64,000 bases of DNA from Candidatus Bathyarchaeota archaeon (GCA_963775895.1 CAVZKL010000011.1:50873-114872); one strand, 5' to 3'. Numbered from the stretch's first letter, positions 43,016 to 55,033 are shown. Numbers and translations: made by a program. The notes: a model not told the origin generated them from the sequence alone.

Positions 43016-44308
43016 TCACCCTGTTTTGAAGATGGGAACGGTGGTCGTTCCGTGAGGCGAAACTAGTATCTTCGCTTTTTTACCCGTTTTTTTCAGGGAC
43101 ATTTCGAGTGCCTCATCCATAGTCTTGATCGCGCTCATCTTCATTTCCTCTACGGCGCCGGGGATTTTTGATCCGACGATTATAACGCTTGCTCTTTTCA
43201 GTATCTTGGCCATGATGTAGGGTCTATGTGCTCCGATCGTTGGTTCCTTCTTGCCCCTTTCCAAGATTTCGTCGAGGTTTCTCGCGTCCTTCATCCATTC
43301 ATAGAACGTTTTGCTGCCAACTCCATCTTCGCACGGAGCGGGAATTATTATCACGCCTCCCTTCTTGATCGCGGGTGTCGGACCACAAACGAAATTGTTT
43401 GCAGCTCTTGTTGCTTGGTAGAGGTCTCTGTCCTTTGGATATCCCGCGCATGATACAACTATGTCCGGCAACTCCTGAATGGGAACTTTGACGCAGTCAT
43501 CCATGGTCCTCACCAATTCTCCGTGGGCGCGAACCATGTCACCAGCAGCAGCTTTCGCTATTTCGCCTTTGCCATTCAAGATCACATTCACTATAAAGCG
43601 GAGATCAGCTTTTCGAGCTGCCTCAACTATGTCCAAGTGCACTGGATTACGATCAACAAGGCATACTCCGACGTTGGGATTGTCAAGCAACTCAGGTCTA
43701 TGCATCCCCTCAATAGTCTTTATTGCAGAGACGCCTGGCATCACGCTTTTTCCATTTCCAGCATAACCCGCGAAGATGTGGGTGTCCACCATCCCTGTAG
43801 AGATTAGCATATTCGTGTTGATGATCTCCTTGTTGACCGACAGTGGAATATCCAGATTGGGAGTTTTTCCGATGAACTTAAGATCCTCTTGATCGGTGCA
43901 GACGTGATTGATAATGGTCGTTTTCTCAAATACCTCTTCCCCAACCTTCTCCTTCAATTCCTGATCTGTCATTGGACGATGACTTCCATTCGCTACGATC
44001 ATGGTCACTTGATCCTTGCGAACGTTTGCCATGTCCAATTCCCGGAGAATCGCCGGTACAAGCCTGTCATCGGGACAGGGGCGAGAAATGTCTGTTACGA
44101 TGATGGTTACCTTGTCATTCTGTTTCACAATCTTGGACAGGCGGTCGCTACCGATTGGATTGAGCAACGCATCCTCAATTTTGCCCTTCTTGCTGGGCAA
44201 ACTTGCAATCTCTTTTGGCTCTATGATTCCGACTAATCTTTCGTCAGGTATTTCTGCTGTGACCTTTCCATTTTTCCCATAAGGAAGTTCAATTCGCATC
44301 GCTTGCAC
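43016..44308 (-). CDS. Nickel-pincer dependent LarA family racemase/epimerase
   Basis: DISRP, GSHR, HIFAGY.G..KS..PG, DLYQ. Confidence 0.88.
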   Translation of the reverse strand: MQAMRIELPYGKNGKVTAEIPDERLVGIIEPKEIASLPSKKGKIEDALLNPIGSDRLSKIVKQNDKVTIIVTDISRPCPDDRLVPAILRELDMANVRKDQVTMIVANGSHRPMTDQELKEKVGEEVFEKTTIINHVCTDQEDLKFIGKTPNLDIPLSVNKEIINTNMLISTGMVDTHIFAGYAGNGKSVMPGVSAIKTIEGMHRPELLDNPNVGVCLVDRNPVHLDIVEAARKADLRFIVNVILNGKGEIAKAAAGDMVRAHGELVRTMDDCVKVPIQELPDIVVSCAGYPKDRDLYQATRAANNFVCGPTPAIKKGGVIIIPAPCEDGVGSKTFYEWMKDARNLDEILERGKKEPTIGAHRPYIMAKILKRASVIIVGSKIPGAVEEMKMSAIKTMDEALEMSLKKTGKKAKILVSPHGTTTVPIFKTG

Positions 44309-44313
44309 CTAAC

Positions 44314-45477
44314 CTATAACGCCTCAACAGTCTCCTTAACCCTAACAAGTGCCTCACTAATCTTTTCTAGTGATGTCGCGTATGAAAGTCTCAAAAAGCC
44401 CTCCCCGTTTTTTCCGAATTCTGAACCTGGAACCGTAACCACTCTGGCCTTGCTTATGAGAAGTTTTGCCAGGTCCATTGAAGACATTCGCAACGATTCG
44501 ACGTTGGGGAAGACATAAAATGCGCCTTTGGGCATGTGGCACTTGAAACCTGGTATCTCGTTCACTCGACTGACCATTTCCTGCCGGCGTTTGTCATATT
44601 CTCTAACCATCTTTTCAACTGAATCCTGTGGACCCGTTAATGCTGCCAGAGCGGCTTTTTGTGAGATAGAACAGGCGCAAACGTTCATGGAATGATGAAC
44701 TTTTGATATGCTTTTCATCATATCCTCACTAGCGACAATGTATCCAATTCGCCAACCTGTCATCGCGTACGCTTTAGAGAACCCGTTTATGGTTATTGTC
44801 CTCTCTTTCATGCTTGGAAGGGAACCGACGCTGCAGTTTTCTGTTCCATCATAAGTCATCTTCTCATACAGTTCGTCGGAGACGACTATCAAATCGTGAT
44901 CTTTGGCTATTTCTGAGATTGTTCTGAGCGTGTTTTTGTCTAAAACGCTTCCAGTGGGGTTGTTTGGGGAAATAAGCACTAGCAACTTCGTTTTCTTTGT
45001 GATTCTTGCTTCCAAATCCTCAGGATCTATTATAAATTCTCTTTCTTGGCGAAGAGGGACCGTAACCATTCTCGCGCCAGCCAGTCGCAGGGCAACCTCA
45101 TAGGAGGGAAAGAAGGGATCTTGCACTATCACTTCGTCCCCTGGATCTATCAGAGTTTGGCAGACGGCAAAAAAGGCTGGTTGCGTCCCTGCTGTTATGA
45201 GTATCTCCTTTTCAGGATCCGCGTGAATTCCGTTTTCGGCCTCTAGTTTCCGGGCTATGGCTTCGCGAAGTTCAGGTATACCTTGGATTGAGGTATAGTG
45301 CGTGAATCCTCCGTCTATCGCTTTTTTGGCTGCTTCCCTTATGTTTTCAGGAGTCGCAAAATCTGGTTCGCCTATATTGAGGAATATCACGTCAGTGAGT
45401 CCCTTCGCGTATTCCATTATTTTTCTTATGCCTGATAATGGAATAGAGGACACTCTTTCCGGTATTTTTGATGCCAT
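44314..45477 (-). CDS. Class I/II PLP aminotransferase (aspartate aminotransferase-like)
   Basis: GEPDF, SPNNPTG, DELY, SKAYAMTGWRIG. Confidence 0.93.
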   Translation of the reverse strand: MASKIPERVSSIPLSGIRKIMEYAKGLTDVIFLNIGEPDFATPENIREAAKKAIDGGFTHYTSIQGIPELREAIARKLEAENGIHADPEKEILITAGTQPAFFAVCQTLIDPGDEVIVQDPFFPSYEVALRLAGARMVTVPLRQEREFIIDPEDLEARITKKTKLLVLISPNNPTGSVLDKNTLRTISEIAKDHDLIVVSDELYEKMTYDGTENCSVGSLPSMKERTITINGFSKAYAMTGWRIGYIVASEDMMKSISKVHHSMNVCACSISQKAALAALTGPQDSVEKMVREYDKRRQEMVSRVNEIPGFKCHMPKGAFYVFPNVESLRMSSMDLAKLLISKARVVTVPGSEFGKNGEGFLRLSYATSLEKISEALVRVKETVEAL

Positions 45478-45522
45478 GCTCTAAATCCTCTTCAAATTCA
45501 CTCTACCCTTGGTTGTGTATGG

Positions 45523-46493
45523 CTACATCACTTTCAGTATTCCATTTTCGGTGATTTTTCTGCCGTCTATCTCAATCGTTGGGTCTCGAATTATCAGGTC
45601 TATGTGAAGAGGCGCCTGGATCTTGCCTCCGAGGGGCAGATTGCTTCCCACGCCGATATGAGCGGTTCCAAGGGCTCCCTCGTCTTCCAACAGTCTTCCA
45701 ATGACCGTGGCCTTGGGGTTTAGTCCGAGCCCAACCTCGGCTATGTTGTACACGTTCGAATCTTTCGTGCTTTCAAGCATTTTCCTGAGCTTCTCAGCCT
45801 CCTCTCCTCCTTCAATTGAAGTGATGAATCCCTTTTTTATCACAACTTTGATCGGTTTTTTCACGATTCCTATTGCGCTCGCTGCCGCATCGACCATCAA
45901 AATTCCGTCGGCAGTTCCTTCAAGCGGAGGCACATTGACCTCGACATCTGGGGGTGGCCGAAATCGCCAGGCTTGTGGCAAATTCCAGTTTCCATGTTCG
46001 TTCTCCTTCCTTTGATGATCGCTGTGAGATTTGTTCCTGCTGGATTCGTAACTTTGATGGTGTCACCGTGGAAAACCTTTGAGACTCTTTCTGCCAGATC
46101 TTTCAAAACAGTGAAATCTGCCTCGATTCCGCCCTCTATGAGCATGTTCTCAGAATAGTCGGGCATTGTTATCATCCGAGCTCCAGTCTTCAGAGCTTCC
46201 ACGGTCGCTTTGGTTCGGCTTATTGAGAAGGTTGTGGGGGAGAAGATTACATCTGCTGCTTTCATCGCGGCTGCCACCGTTCTTGGTGGTTCTTCACTGT
46301 GCAGTTTGCGTGGCGTCATGACAATAATTGCCGTCTCAGCTTCTTTGGAGTATGCGGCCGCAGCTAGGACCTCGGCTATGCTGAGCTTGTTCGTGTCAGC
46401 GACTATCAACACATTCTCGCCTTTTTGGACTCCGCCGCAGACCTCTACAAGCTTCATCGCACCTTTCATCATTCGAATTCTGTCAGATTCCAA
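45523..46493 (-). CDS. Peptidase M29-like (leucyl aminopeptidase/NicX-related) protein; frameshift near 45960
   Basis: GENVLIV, HSEEPP, GTNL, IAEVGLGLNP, EDE, HIGVG, HID. Confidence 0.75.
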
Positions 46494-46819
46494 TAATCGT
46501 CACCAATCCGCTTTTATATGGGCCATAATTTTAATTGCCCTCGGATATTTAAGACATCACCATTGATTTGTACTCATCGTCCATTGTCATTCGATTTCAG
46601 GCAGATCTAGTCTTCTGATTCACAGAAAGCACGAGTCGAGCCATGGTTTTTTCCCTCGGCATAGGGCACTTTAGGAATCGAAGCTATACGAGATTATCTA
46701 GAAGAAATTTGACTGATTCGCGCAGCATTCACCGTCTTTTTTCAACGGAAAGAAAGGTAGCTATTAAGAACCTTGTTTTGAGAAGGCTTTTATAACACAT
46801 ATCAAAAAATCAGTGCAGG

Positions 46820-47781
46820 GTGCGACCTTTGAAAAACGATTTGAAGGGAAGGAATCTTGTCTCAACAGATGATCTTTCCAGACAAGAGATGGAAATAATC
46901 TTCAACTTAACAAGAGAGTTCAAATTGTCAAGAAGCATGGGCAAACATGAAAGGGTGCTCGAAGGGAAAACCTTGGGGCTTGTTTTCGAATGGGCGTCTA
47001 CGAGGACAAGGTTGGGTTTCGAAGTTGCGATGGCCCAATTAGGTGGGTCCTCTATATACATGGCAACTGAAACTACGATGGCCTCCAAGGGGGAACCAAT
47101 GAAAGATACGAGCAGGGTTCTTAGCAGGCTCGTAGATGCTATTGCCATCCGTCCGTTCAAACATGAAACAGTCATTGAATTTGTCAAACATGCAGACGTT
47201 CCCGTGATAAATTGCAGCAGTTCCGTAGGGCATCCAACTCAGGGACTCGGTGAATTATACACGATCTTGGAAAAGAAGAGAAAGTTAGAAGGACTCAAGT
47301 TGGCCTACGTTGGCATGACAAGAGGACTCTTCCACGAACTCTTGTTGGCATGCCCAAAAGTGGGAATGAATATAGCAGCTGCGTATCCTGATGTTGGAGG
47401 AGGCGCCTACACGCCGGACAAAGAAATCGTAAAGCGATCTCAAGAAATTGCGGAAGAGACAGGATCGGAAATAGTTTTGACTCATAACCTTCTGGAAGCG
47501 GTAAAGGATGCCGACGCGGTTTATGCATCCACCTTGCTGAGAAGCTCACTCACAGGGGAAAAGACCGCTGAAGAAGGGAAGATAAACGTAGCGGCGTACC
47601 AGGTTTCTTCAGAAGTGTTGAAATACGCCAAGAAAGACGCCATGTTGATGGCTCCGGGTCCAACGTACCGCAACGTCGAAGTAACTGAAGAAGCGTTCGA
47701 AGGGCAAAATCAGTGGTTTGGGATCAGGTTGAGAACGCGCTTCACGTCAAGAAAGCGATCCTAGCACTCTTGATCACTTAG
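46820..47781 (+). CDS. Ornithine carbamoyltransferase-family transcarbamylase, divergent; frameshift near 47705
   Basis: STRTR, HPTQ, PVIN; corrected C-terminus VVWDQVENALHVKKAILALL. Confidence 0.85.
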
Positions 47782-47839
47782 CTCTTTCGTAGCGAGCGAG
47801 CACGCCATCACTGAGGATTTCAAAAAAACTATCAGTAGC

Positions 47840-49068
47840 TCACTGTTGAGTCTTAGAAAAATGCCCTCTTTCTCTGAGGATTTTCACAACTTCTCTGACA
47901 AATATCAGTTCCTCATTCGTAGGAATGACGTAGATTCGTACGCGCGAATTTGAACGACTTATGTCCATTTCCACTTCTCCGCCAATTGCCTGCATATTCT
48001 TTTGGGGATCAATTTGGATACCTAGGAATTCGAGTCCTTCACATATCTTTCCACGATAAAGGGAAGAGTTTTCGCCGACTCCCGCAGTGAAGACGACAGC
48101 GTCTATTCCTCCCATTGCCGCCGCATAAGCTCCTATGAACTTCTTCAATCTGTGGCATTCCACTTCAATGGCCAGTTTTGCTCTGTCATCTCCGTCTTCA
48201 GCCGCTTTAATCACATCACGTCTGTCGACGTATTTGCCTGTTATTCCCAAGAGTCCACTTTTCTTATTTAGGATGTCACTCATTTGGGTGTGCGTCAGAT
48301 TTTCTTTTTCCATGATGTGCAATGCCACACCCACGTCTAGATCGCCAGAGCGAGTTCCCATCACAGCTCCTTCCAGCGGAGTGAACCCCATGCTGTGATC
48401 ATAGGCTACGCCTTTCTTCACAGCGGTTACGCTGACACCATTCCCAATGTGAAGTGTGATGACGTTGATCTCCGATGGTGTTTTTCCAAGAAGTTCAGCA
48501 GCTCTCCTCGAGACGTAAGAGTGGGAACTGCCGTGGAAACCGTATTTTCGGACACCATACTTTTCGTACCATTGATACGGTACGGCGTAAGTGTAAGCGT
48601 GGGCAGGCATGGTTGAAAAGAAGGCTGTGTCAAAAATTGCCACCTGCGGTATATTTGGAACCAGATTCATTGCCGCTCTTATACCCTGAAGATTGGGTGG
48701 ATTATGCAGAGGAGCAAGCGTGCTGCATTCTTCGATCGCTCTTATGACGTTATCATCAATAAGCACAGAATCTGTAAACTTTGCTCCTCCGTGAACAACG
48801 CGATGACCTATTGCATTTATCTGGCGAGATTCTTTATCAAGTGGTCCTCTGAACCTATCAAAAGATCAAATATCGACTTGATTGCGATTTCATAAGTGGG
48901 ACAGTTGACGTCGAAGGTTACTTCCTTATCATCTACTCGTCGCCTGATAAGAGAATCACCCATTCCTACCCGTTCTACGATTCCTTTGCACATCTCGACC
49001 TCATCGGGCACACTCCATAAAGAGTATTTTACGGATGAGCTGCCACAGTTTAAGGTCATTATTTTCAT
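47840..49068 (-). CDS. ackA: Acetate kinase; frameshift near 48820
   Basis: LNCGSSSVKY, HRVVHGG, APLHNP, YGFHG, HIGNG, MGTRSG, FTAGVGEN, PTNEE. Confidence 0.95.
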
Positions 49069-49110
49069 TTCACATCACTCGACTTGGAAAACTAAGAATC
49101 ATTTAGCGTG

Positions 49111-49812
49111 CTAGGCAATTCCCAGATAAGCCTTTCTAATGTACTCGTTCTGCGATAGATCTTTTCCTTCCAGTGCGATTTTGCCGTTTTCCAGCACGTA
49201 TCCTCTTTCAGCTATTTTCAACGCTTGCAAAACGTTCTGCTCAACCAAGAGAATAGCGACTCCCTCATCGTGAAGTTTTCTCAGTATATCAAAAGTCTTG
49301 TCTATGATTATTGGCGCCAACCCCAAAGATGGCTCGTCCAACATTAGGAGCTTTGGTCCCGACATCAATGCCCGCGCTATTGATAGCATTTGCTGTTCCC
49401 CACCACTTAGAGTTCTCGCCAACTGATTCTTCCTCTCCTCTAGAACGGGGAACGTGTTGAAAACCCGTTTCAGGTTCTCATTCTTCTCCTTCCTGCATTT
49501 GGGAAGATAGGCCCCTACCAGAAGGTTTTCCATAACGTTCAAGTAAGGAAAGCTGGGTCTTCCTTCAGGCACCTGGGTTAAGCCTGACCCTACGATCTGA
49601 TGTGTCGGCAGTTTCTCTATTCTTTTCCCCAAAAACGTTATGGTTCCGGAGGTTGGTTTCAAAAGACCACTTATGGTGAGAAGCATCGTGCTCTTGCCGG
49701 CACCATTGGAACCGACGATAACTACAAGTTCACCCTCGTCCACGCTGATTGACACGTTGTGGAGGGCCTGAAGAACTCCATAGTGGACGTTTAAGCCGTC
49801 AAGCTCCAGCAT
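49111..49812 (-). CDS. livF: Branched-chain amino acid ABC transporter ATPase (LivF-like)
   Basis: GSNGAGKS, LSGGEQQM, LDEPSLGLAP. Confidence 0.92.
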   Translation of the reverse strand: MLELDGLNVHYGVLQALHNVSISVDEGELVVIVGSNGAGKSTMLLTISGLLKPTSGTITFLGKRIEKLPTHQIVGSGLTQVPEGRPSFPYLNVMENLLVGAYLPKCRKEKNENLKRVFNTFPVLEERKNQLARTLSGGEQQMLSIARALMSGPKLLMLDEPSLGLAPIIIDKTFDILRKLHDEGVAILLVEQNVLQALKIAERGYVLENGKIALEGKDLSQNEYIRKAYLGIA

Positions 49813-51482
49813 ATGCTCTCCCCATGTAGGCTTCGAGGACCTTCTTATCTTTGATTATCTCCGTTGGTTCTCCTTCAGCAATTTTCTCTCCATGGTCAAG
49901 CACGATGATTCGATCTGCCATGGTCATAACGAATTTCATCACATGTTCGACGATGCATATTGTGACACCTTTTTCATGGACTTCTCGCATCTTCTCGCAC
50001 ATCGTTTCTATCTCTACGGGGTTCAATCCAGCCGCGCACTCGTCTAGGAGCAATAGCTCTGGATCAGAAGCCAGAGATCTGGCCAATTCGAGTTTTCTTC
50101 TTTCTACCAGATTCAAGTTTCCAGCTGGTTGATTCTTCTTCTCCTCAAGACCTACAAAGTTCAAAAGTTCAATAGCTTTGTCCTTGACATCCTTAGGGTT
50201 TTCTCCCAACGATTTCAGCGCACCTGCGCGTTTGTCGCCTCGTGAAGATCCAAAAAATCCTGCAACAGTCACGTTCTCAAGGACTGTTAAGTTGCTGAAC
50301 GGTCTGACAATCTGATGTGTTTTGCTGATCCCCTTTCTGCAGATATCATGCGGCTGGAAACCTGCAATGTTTTCTCCCTTGAAGTCTATTGTTCCGGAGT
50401 CAGGGCGATAGACTCCCGTAAGAAGATTGAAGAAGGTGGTTTTTCCTGCTCCGTTGGGTCCTATCAGGCCTAGAGACTGTCCTTTGTCGATGTGAAGATC
50501 TAGTTCCTTAACGGCTACTAGACCGCCGAAAGACTTGGTCAGCTTGCTAACTTCCAGCATCATTAGATTTCTCAACCTTTGATGGAGACGCTTCATAAGT
50601 TTCAAGAGGAATCGCCTCAGTCTGCTTTCTGTTCCGAGAATGCCTGATGGTTCAAAAAGCATCACGAGTACTATTACGATACCATAGATTAGGAAGCGCG
50701 ATTCTATTGGTACGTATCCCCTTAAAATCTCTGGAACAAGTGTCGGAACAAAAGCGCCCACAAGCGGTCCGATTGTGGTTCCCATCCCTCCGAGAACGAC
50801 CATCGTGAACACCTCAACCGATCCTCCGAAATCAAAATAGGTTGGGTACGCAGATCTGAGGAAATAGGCGAAAAAACAGCCGCCCAGTCCGGCATAGAGA
50901 GAGCCTAAGACAAAAGCCAAAACCTTGAGTCGAAGGGTGTTGATTCCAGAAGACTCCGCAGCAACGCCGTCTTCTCTCACTGCTCTTAAGCCCAGTCCCA
51001 ACATTGACCTTGAGAATTTCAAATCAAAAAACAGCAAAACGATGGCGAACGCCAAAGTGAGAATTGAAAATGCGGCGGTGGAGGAAAAGGAGAAACCCAA
51101 AATATCTGGAGCATGAACTCCCATAATTCCATACATTCTGCCAAAATAGGGAGCGAAAGTGAATATTGCTACCATGACAAAATTGAAACCGATACTTCCC
51201 ACGACGAGATAGGGTCCAGCCAATTTCCCTCTCATAAAGAGCAAGCCCACTCCGAGTCCAACCAGCATTGCCGTGAGGCCAGATAGAGGCAACGTCACCG
51301 CGAACGGGAGATTATACGATGAAGATAGAATTGCCGTAGTGTACGCTCCGACAGAGACCAAGCCCATGTATCCGAGCATTGGCAGTCCCCCCGTACCCTA
51401 ACATGACATTCTGACCCATCGCAAATATCCAATAGATTGCGAAGTAGGCGAGGAGAGTGGTTATATAAGCCAGTTCAATCAT
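49799..51482 (-). CDS. LivM-like permease read in frame with LivG-like ATPase; frameshift in G run near 51390
   Basis: TM region with VVLGGMGT, then GPNGAGKTT and LLLDECAAG; may be a fusion or two genes (livG start near 50562). Confidence 0.85.
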
Positions 51483-51485
51483 TGC

Positions 51486-52391
51486 CTATCTTCCTTTTCC
51501 TAGAATTCCTCTAGGCCGTATTAATAGAATGACGATAAGAACGATGAAGGATACCAACGTCCGCGGAAATGTGAGTGGAATATAGGCAATCGCGAAAGTC
51601 TCTAGCAGTCCCATTAATAACCCTGCAATCATCGTTCCAGGTACACTGCCCAACCCGCCTACGATCTGCACGGCGAGCGCAATGTTGACAGGGTATAATG
51701 CGATTCCGGGAGAAACATCATTGTAATACAAACTAAGCAAGCCGCCCGACAGGCCCCCCAGCAGTGAACCAATCAGAAGGGCTATCACGTTCAGCTTAAG
51801 TGGACTGATTCCACAGAGCTCGGCGAGCTTAGGATCTTGATCTAATGCTTTTAAACCTCTGCCTTCGTTCGTCTTGGACAGAAACAGCCACAGGAGGGAC
51901 ATTGAAACAAGCGCGACCGCCGCGCACACAAGCTGAATCACAAAGACGGAAATTCCAAAAATGGTTACACTTATCGAGTTTATTGGCACTGGAAACGGAA
52001 ACTCCTGATGTCTGACGCCAAACATGACCAATAGAGCCTCTTGGCTGGCAAGCAGAATGGCTACGCTGGAGATTAGAATGGCATCGTATTGACGTTTTTT
52101 CAGCAGAGGGAGGTACACGCCCATTCCCATGAGCGTGCCCAGACCGCCTGCGATCAGTGTTCCAAATGCTAAAGTGATTACGATGTTATTTCCAAAAAAA
52201 GGGAGTAGTAGGAGGCTGGAATACGCCCCTATGAGAAGCATCGTCCCGTGGGCTATGTGCAATATTCGAAGCACGCTGTAGATCAGAGTCATACCAATGG
52301 CAAACGTTATGTAGAGACCGCCGACAGCCAGTCCATTAACGAGCTGTTGTACTATCCCTTGTAGTAGTCCGTCCATGACTGCTTGCAACAT
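51486..52391 (-). CDS. livH: Branched-chain amino acid ABC permease (LivH-like)
   Basis: AIGMTLIY, IAHG, VGGLGS, RPRGILG. Confidence 0.9.
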   Translation of the reverse strand: MLQAVMDGLLQGIVQQLVNGLAVGGLYITFAIGMTLIYSVLRILHIAHGTMLLIGAYSSLLLLPFFGNNIVITLAFGTLIAGGLGTLMGMGVYLPLLKKRQYDAILISSVAILLASQEALLVMFGVRHQEFPFPVPINSISVTIFGISVFVIQLVCAAVALVSMSLLWLFLSKTNEGRGLKALDQDPKLAELCGISPLKLNVIALLIGSLLGGLSGGLLSLYYNDVSPGIALYPVNIALAVQIVGGLGSVPGTMIAGLLMGLLETFAIAYIPLTFPRTLVSFIVLIVILLIRPRGILGKGR

Positions 52392-52413
52392 TGCCGTATC
52401 ATGCCTTGTTTCA

Positions 52414-53604
52414 TTAGAATGGCGACGTGTACTGTGGATCAGTGATCAGCATCGCGAGATGGAATGTGTCGTTCTGAATAGTGTAGATGGGTATGGGCTT
52501 TATGGCTTCTCCTTGTGTGTACGAGTTGATGGTTCCTCCGACGCCGGTGTAGTTTGTGAGCGCTTTGATTCCATCTGTTATCTTTGCAGGGTCAGTTCCG
52601 ACGTCTCCGATTACTTTGGCCAAGATTTTGATACAATCGTACGTGGTGTAAGACGAAGTCGGTCCTGGAGCTTTACCATATCGAGCCTCGTACGTTGTGG
52701 CGTAAGCTGCGGTCGAGGGGTCATCAAATACAAGATACGACAGAACGTATAGTCCTCCTCCGGTCGTTGCGACGTCTTTGACGCCAGCTAAGAATTCCGG
52801 AGTGTTAGATGAAGAACCGAACATCATTGGAGCAGTTATTCCTAGGCCTCGCGCTTGAGACACGAACGGAATTGACATTGAAAAGTCATGTGGTCCCATT
52901 ATGACGTCGGCTCCCGTCGCCTTTACTGCAGTCAGCATGGAAGTGTACTCTGCCTCTCCCCATTCGACGAGTTTGTCGTAGACGACTGTACCTCCAAGTG
53001 TCGTAAATTCGGCTTTCATGGCATTTGCGTAGGCTTCTTCGTAAGGATCCACTGTAACGATGGAAGCGAACTTTCTGGCTCCTAAGACGCTGTAGGCATA
53101 GTAAGCCATTGCTTTGCCAGGTGCGGTTGCAGACAAGCCTACTCGGAAAATGTATCCACCTTTGACTATGTCAGGATGGCCCGCCCATGGAACAAGCGCT
53201 GGCTCCTTTAGCTCGTTGAAGATTCCAGCTGCTGCGATGGCCAGGTCACTTCCGTGATTCAAGATTCCGGCCACAACATGGTCGTCCTGAATCAGTTTTC
53301 GAGACAAAGTTACTGCTCCCTCTGGAGTGCCGCCGTCGTCGTAGTAAATGAGTTGGATAGTTCTGCCGTTTATTCCACCTGCCTGGTTTATTTGTTCAAC
53401 CGCGAGTTCTGCTCCGTTCAGTCCATCGAATCCAATCCAAGCTTCTGTGCCGGTCAAAGTGGCTACCATACCGATCTTTATGGGTCCAGATGTGGTTGCT
53501 GGTTGTATTGACGCGTAGTAAATTCCCCCAAAGGCCGCAACGGCAATTATGATCACTGCTATCACTGCTATTGCTATTCGCGATATTCCCCTTCTGTTCA
53601 ACAA
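52414..53604 (-). CDS. ABC substrate-binding protein, LivJ/LivK family
   Basis: N-terminal anchor helix, IKIG..LTG, INQAGGINGR, YDD. Confidence 0.9.
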   Translation of the reverse strand: MLNRRGISRIAIAVIAVIIIAVAAFGGIYYASIQPATTSGPIKIGMVATLTGTEAWIGFDGLNGAELAVEQINQAGGINGRTIQLIYYDDGGTPEGAVTLSRKLIQDDHVVAGILNHGSDLAIAAAGIFNELKEPALVPWAGHPDIVKGGYIFRVGLSATAPGKAMAYYAYSVLGARKFASIVTVDPYEEAYANAMKAEFTTLGGTVVYDKLVEWGEAEYTSMLTAVKATGADVIMGPHDFSMSIPFVSQARGLGITAPMMFGSSSNTPEFLAGVKDVATTGGGLYVLSYLVFDDPSTAAYATTYEARYGKAPGPTSSYTTYDCIKILAKVIGDVGTDPAKITDGIKALTNYTGVGGTINSYTQGEAIKPIPIYTIQNDTFHLAMLITDPQYTSPF

Positions 53605-53764
53605 ATTCCTCCACTATGATTGCAATCTATTCATGCTTAATAGTTTTTCCATTTTCGAGTCTTTGACTAATAGCACACGCCATGGCGGCCAGTCTTGAGT
53701 GTTTCAAGAAATTCGGAAATTATCAAGGTATGATCGAGTTCTTCAGGCTGTCAGTCTCTTCTTC

Positions 53765-54898
53765 TTATTTGGGTGTCACCATGGCTTTACAACATTTTTT
53801 GTCCCTAGAAGTAAGAATAGCTTTTTCGGTTTCATCTATAGAAAATTTATGTGTGACTAGTTCTTCGTATGGATATCTGTCGATGGTCATCTCTATAACG
53901 GACAATGCTGTACCAAGTTCTGATGGCGGGTACGCCCAGACGCCTAGGAGGTCCAGATCTCTGAAAGATATGTGTTGTGGGTTGATTGGAATTGTGCCGA
54001 CGTCAGTGAAGTGCCCCAGTTCCACGTATTTGCCTCCTCTCCGAGTCATTTCCATTCCTTCTTGGAAAGCCACTGGCACTCCTGAACATTCGATTACGAC
54101 GTCTGCTCCTAGTCCACCTGTGAGTCTTCGAGCTTCTTGAATTCTCTTTTCAGATGTGTCATAGGTCTTCAGATCAATCACGTTGTCGACACCAAACTTC
54201 TTTGCCATCGCAATTCTGGAATCCACACCCTCTATTCCGATGACTTTTCGCGCGCCAGCAGTTTTGGCGGCAGCAGTCGTCAGTATACCGATCGGCCCGA
54301 GTCCCTGAACGATGACGGTTTTCCCTAGTCCAAATCCGTCTCCTGCGTATGGAAGACCGGGTTGGAAGGCTCTTTCAAGCCCTCTCAGTCCCACGGCTAG
54401 AGGGTCGGCTAATATTCCAATTTCGGTTTTTATGACTTTAGGAGTTTTGAATATCCATGAACGAGGAACGATGTACATGTATTTTGAGTAGGCACCGAAC
54501 AGATGTGGTGGATCTTTGCAGCTCATTGTTATGCCATAAACCGGGCCCACTTCACACAGATTCGATCGGTGGGGCTCAAATCTGCAGAAGTAGCATTCTC
54601 CGCATGGAACGGATGCGCAGACATTCACTCTGTCTCCTTCTACTATCTTGTTTCCAAATGCGTCTTTTCTTGGAAACTTTGACCCCATCTCTTCTATGAT
54701 GAAAGTGGCTTCGTGCCCCATAACCATGGGGTAAGGCGCGGGCAGGTGTCCTTCGTAGACGTGCGGGTCGGTTCCGCATACGCCACAAGCTTCCACCTTG
54801 AAAAGTGCAGAATTGTCTGCCACTTTGGGTTTTGGAAACTCTCTAATTTCAATCTTCTTAACTGCGGTCAACACCGCTGCCTTCACTTTCTCAACCAT
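53765..54898 (-). CDS. Zn-dependent medium-chain alcohol dehydrogenase
   Basis: CGTD, GHE, CGECYFC...C, GLGPIG. Confidence 0.92.
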   Translation of the reverse strand: MVEKVKAAVLTAVKKIEIREFPKPKVADNSALFKVEACGVCGTDPHVYEGHLPAPYPMVMGHEATFIIEEMGSKFPRKDAFGNKIVEGDRVNVCASVPCGECYFCRFEPHRSNLCEVGPVYGITMSCKDPPHLFGAYSKYMYIVPRSWIFKTPKVIKTEIGILADPLAVGLRGLERAFQPGLPYAGDGFGLGKTVIVQGLGPIGILTTAAAKTAGARKVIGIEGVDSRIAMAKKFGVDNVIDLKTYDTSEKRIQEARRLTGGLGADVVIECSGVPVAFQEGMEMTRRGGKYVELGHFTDVGTIPINPQHISFRDLDLLGVWAYPPSELGTALSVIEMTIDRYPYEELVTHKFSIDETEKAILTSRDKKCCKAMVTPK

Positions 54899-55033
54899 TC
54901 TCTAACAATCCTCACCTTGCAATTGATACAAAATCTAATCGCTTCAGCTCATATAAATAAGTTCCTCTGAACGTGTTGGACGGAGATGGAATGGAGGACT
55001 ATGGTGAGTCAGGGTTGTAGGCTCGAGGCGTTT

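Noticed and set aside
49799-51482. LivM-LivG fusion as a novelty
   Set aside because: Such fusions are common, and an indel could also have created it.
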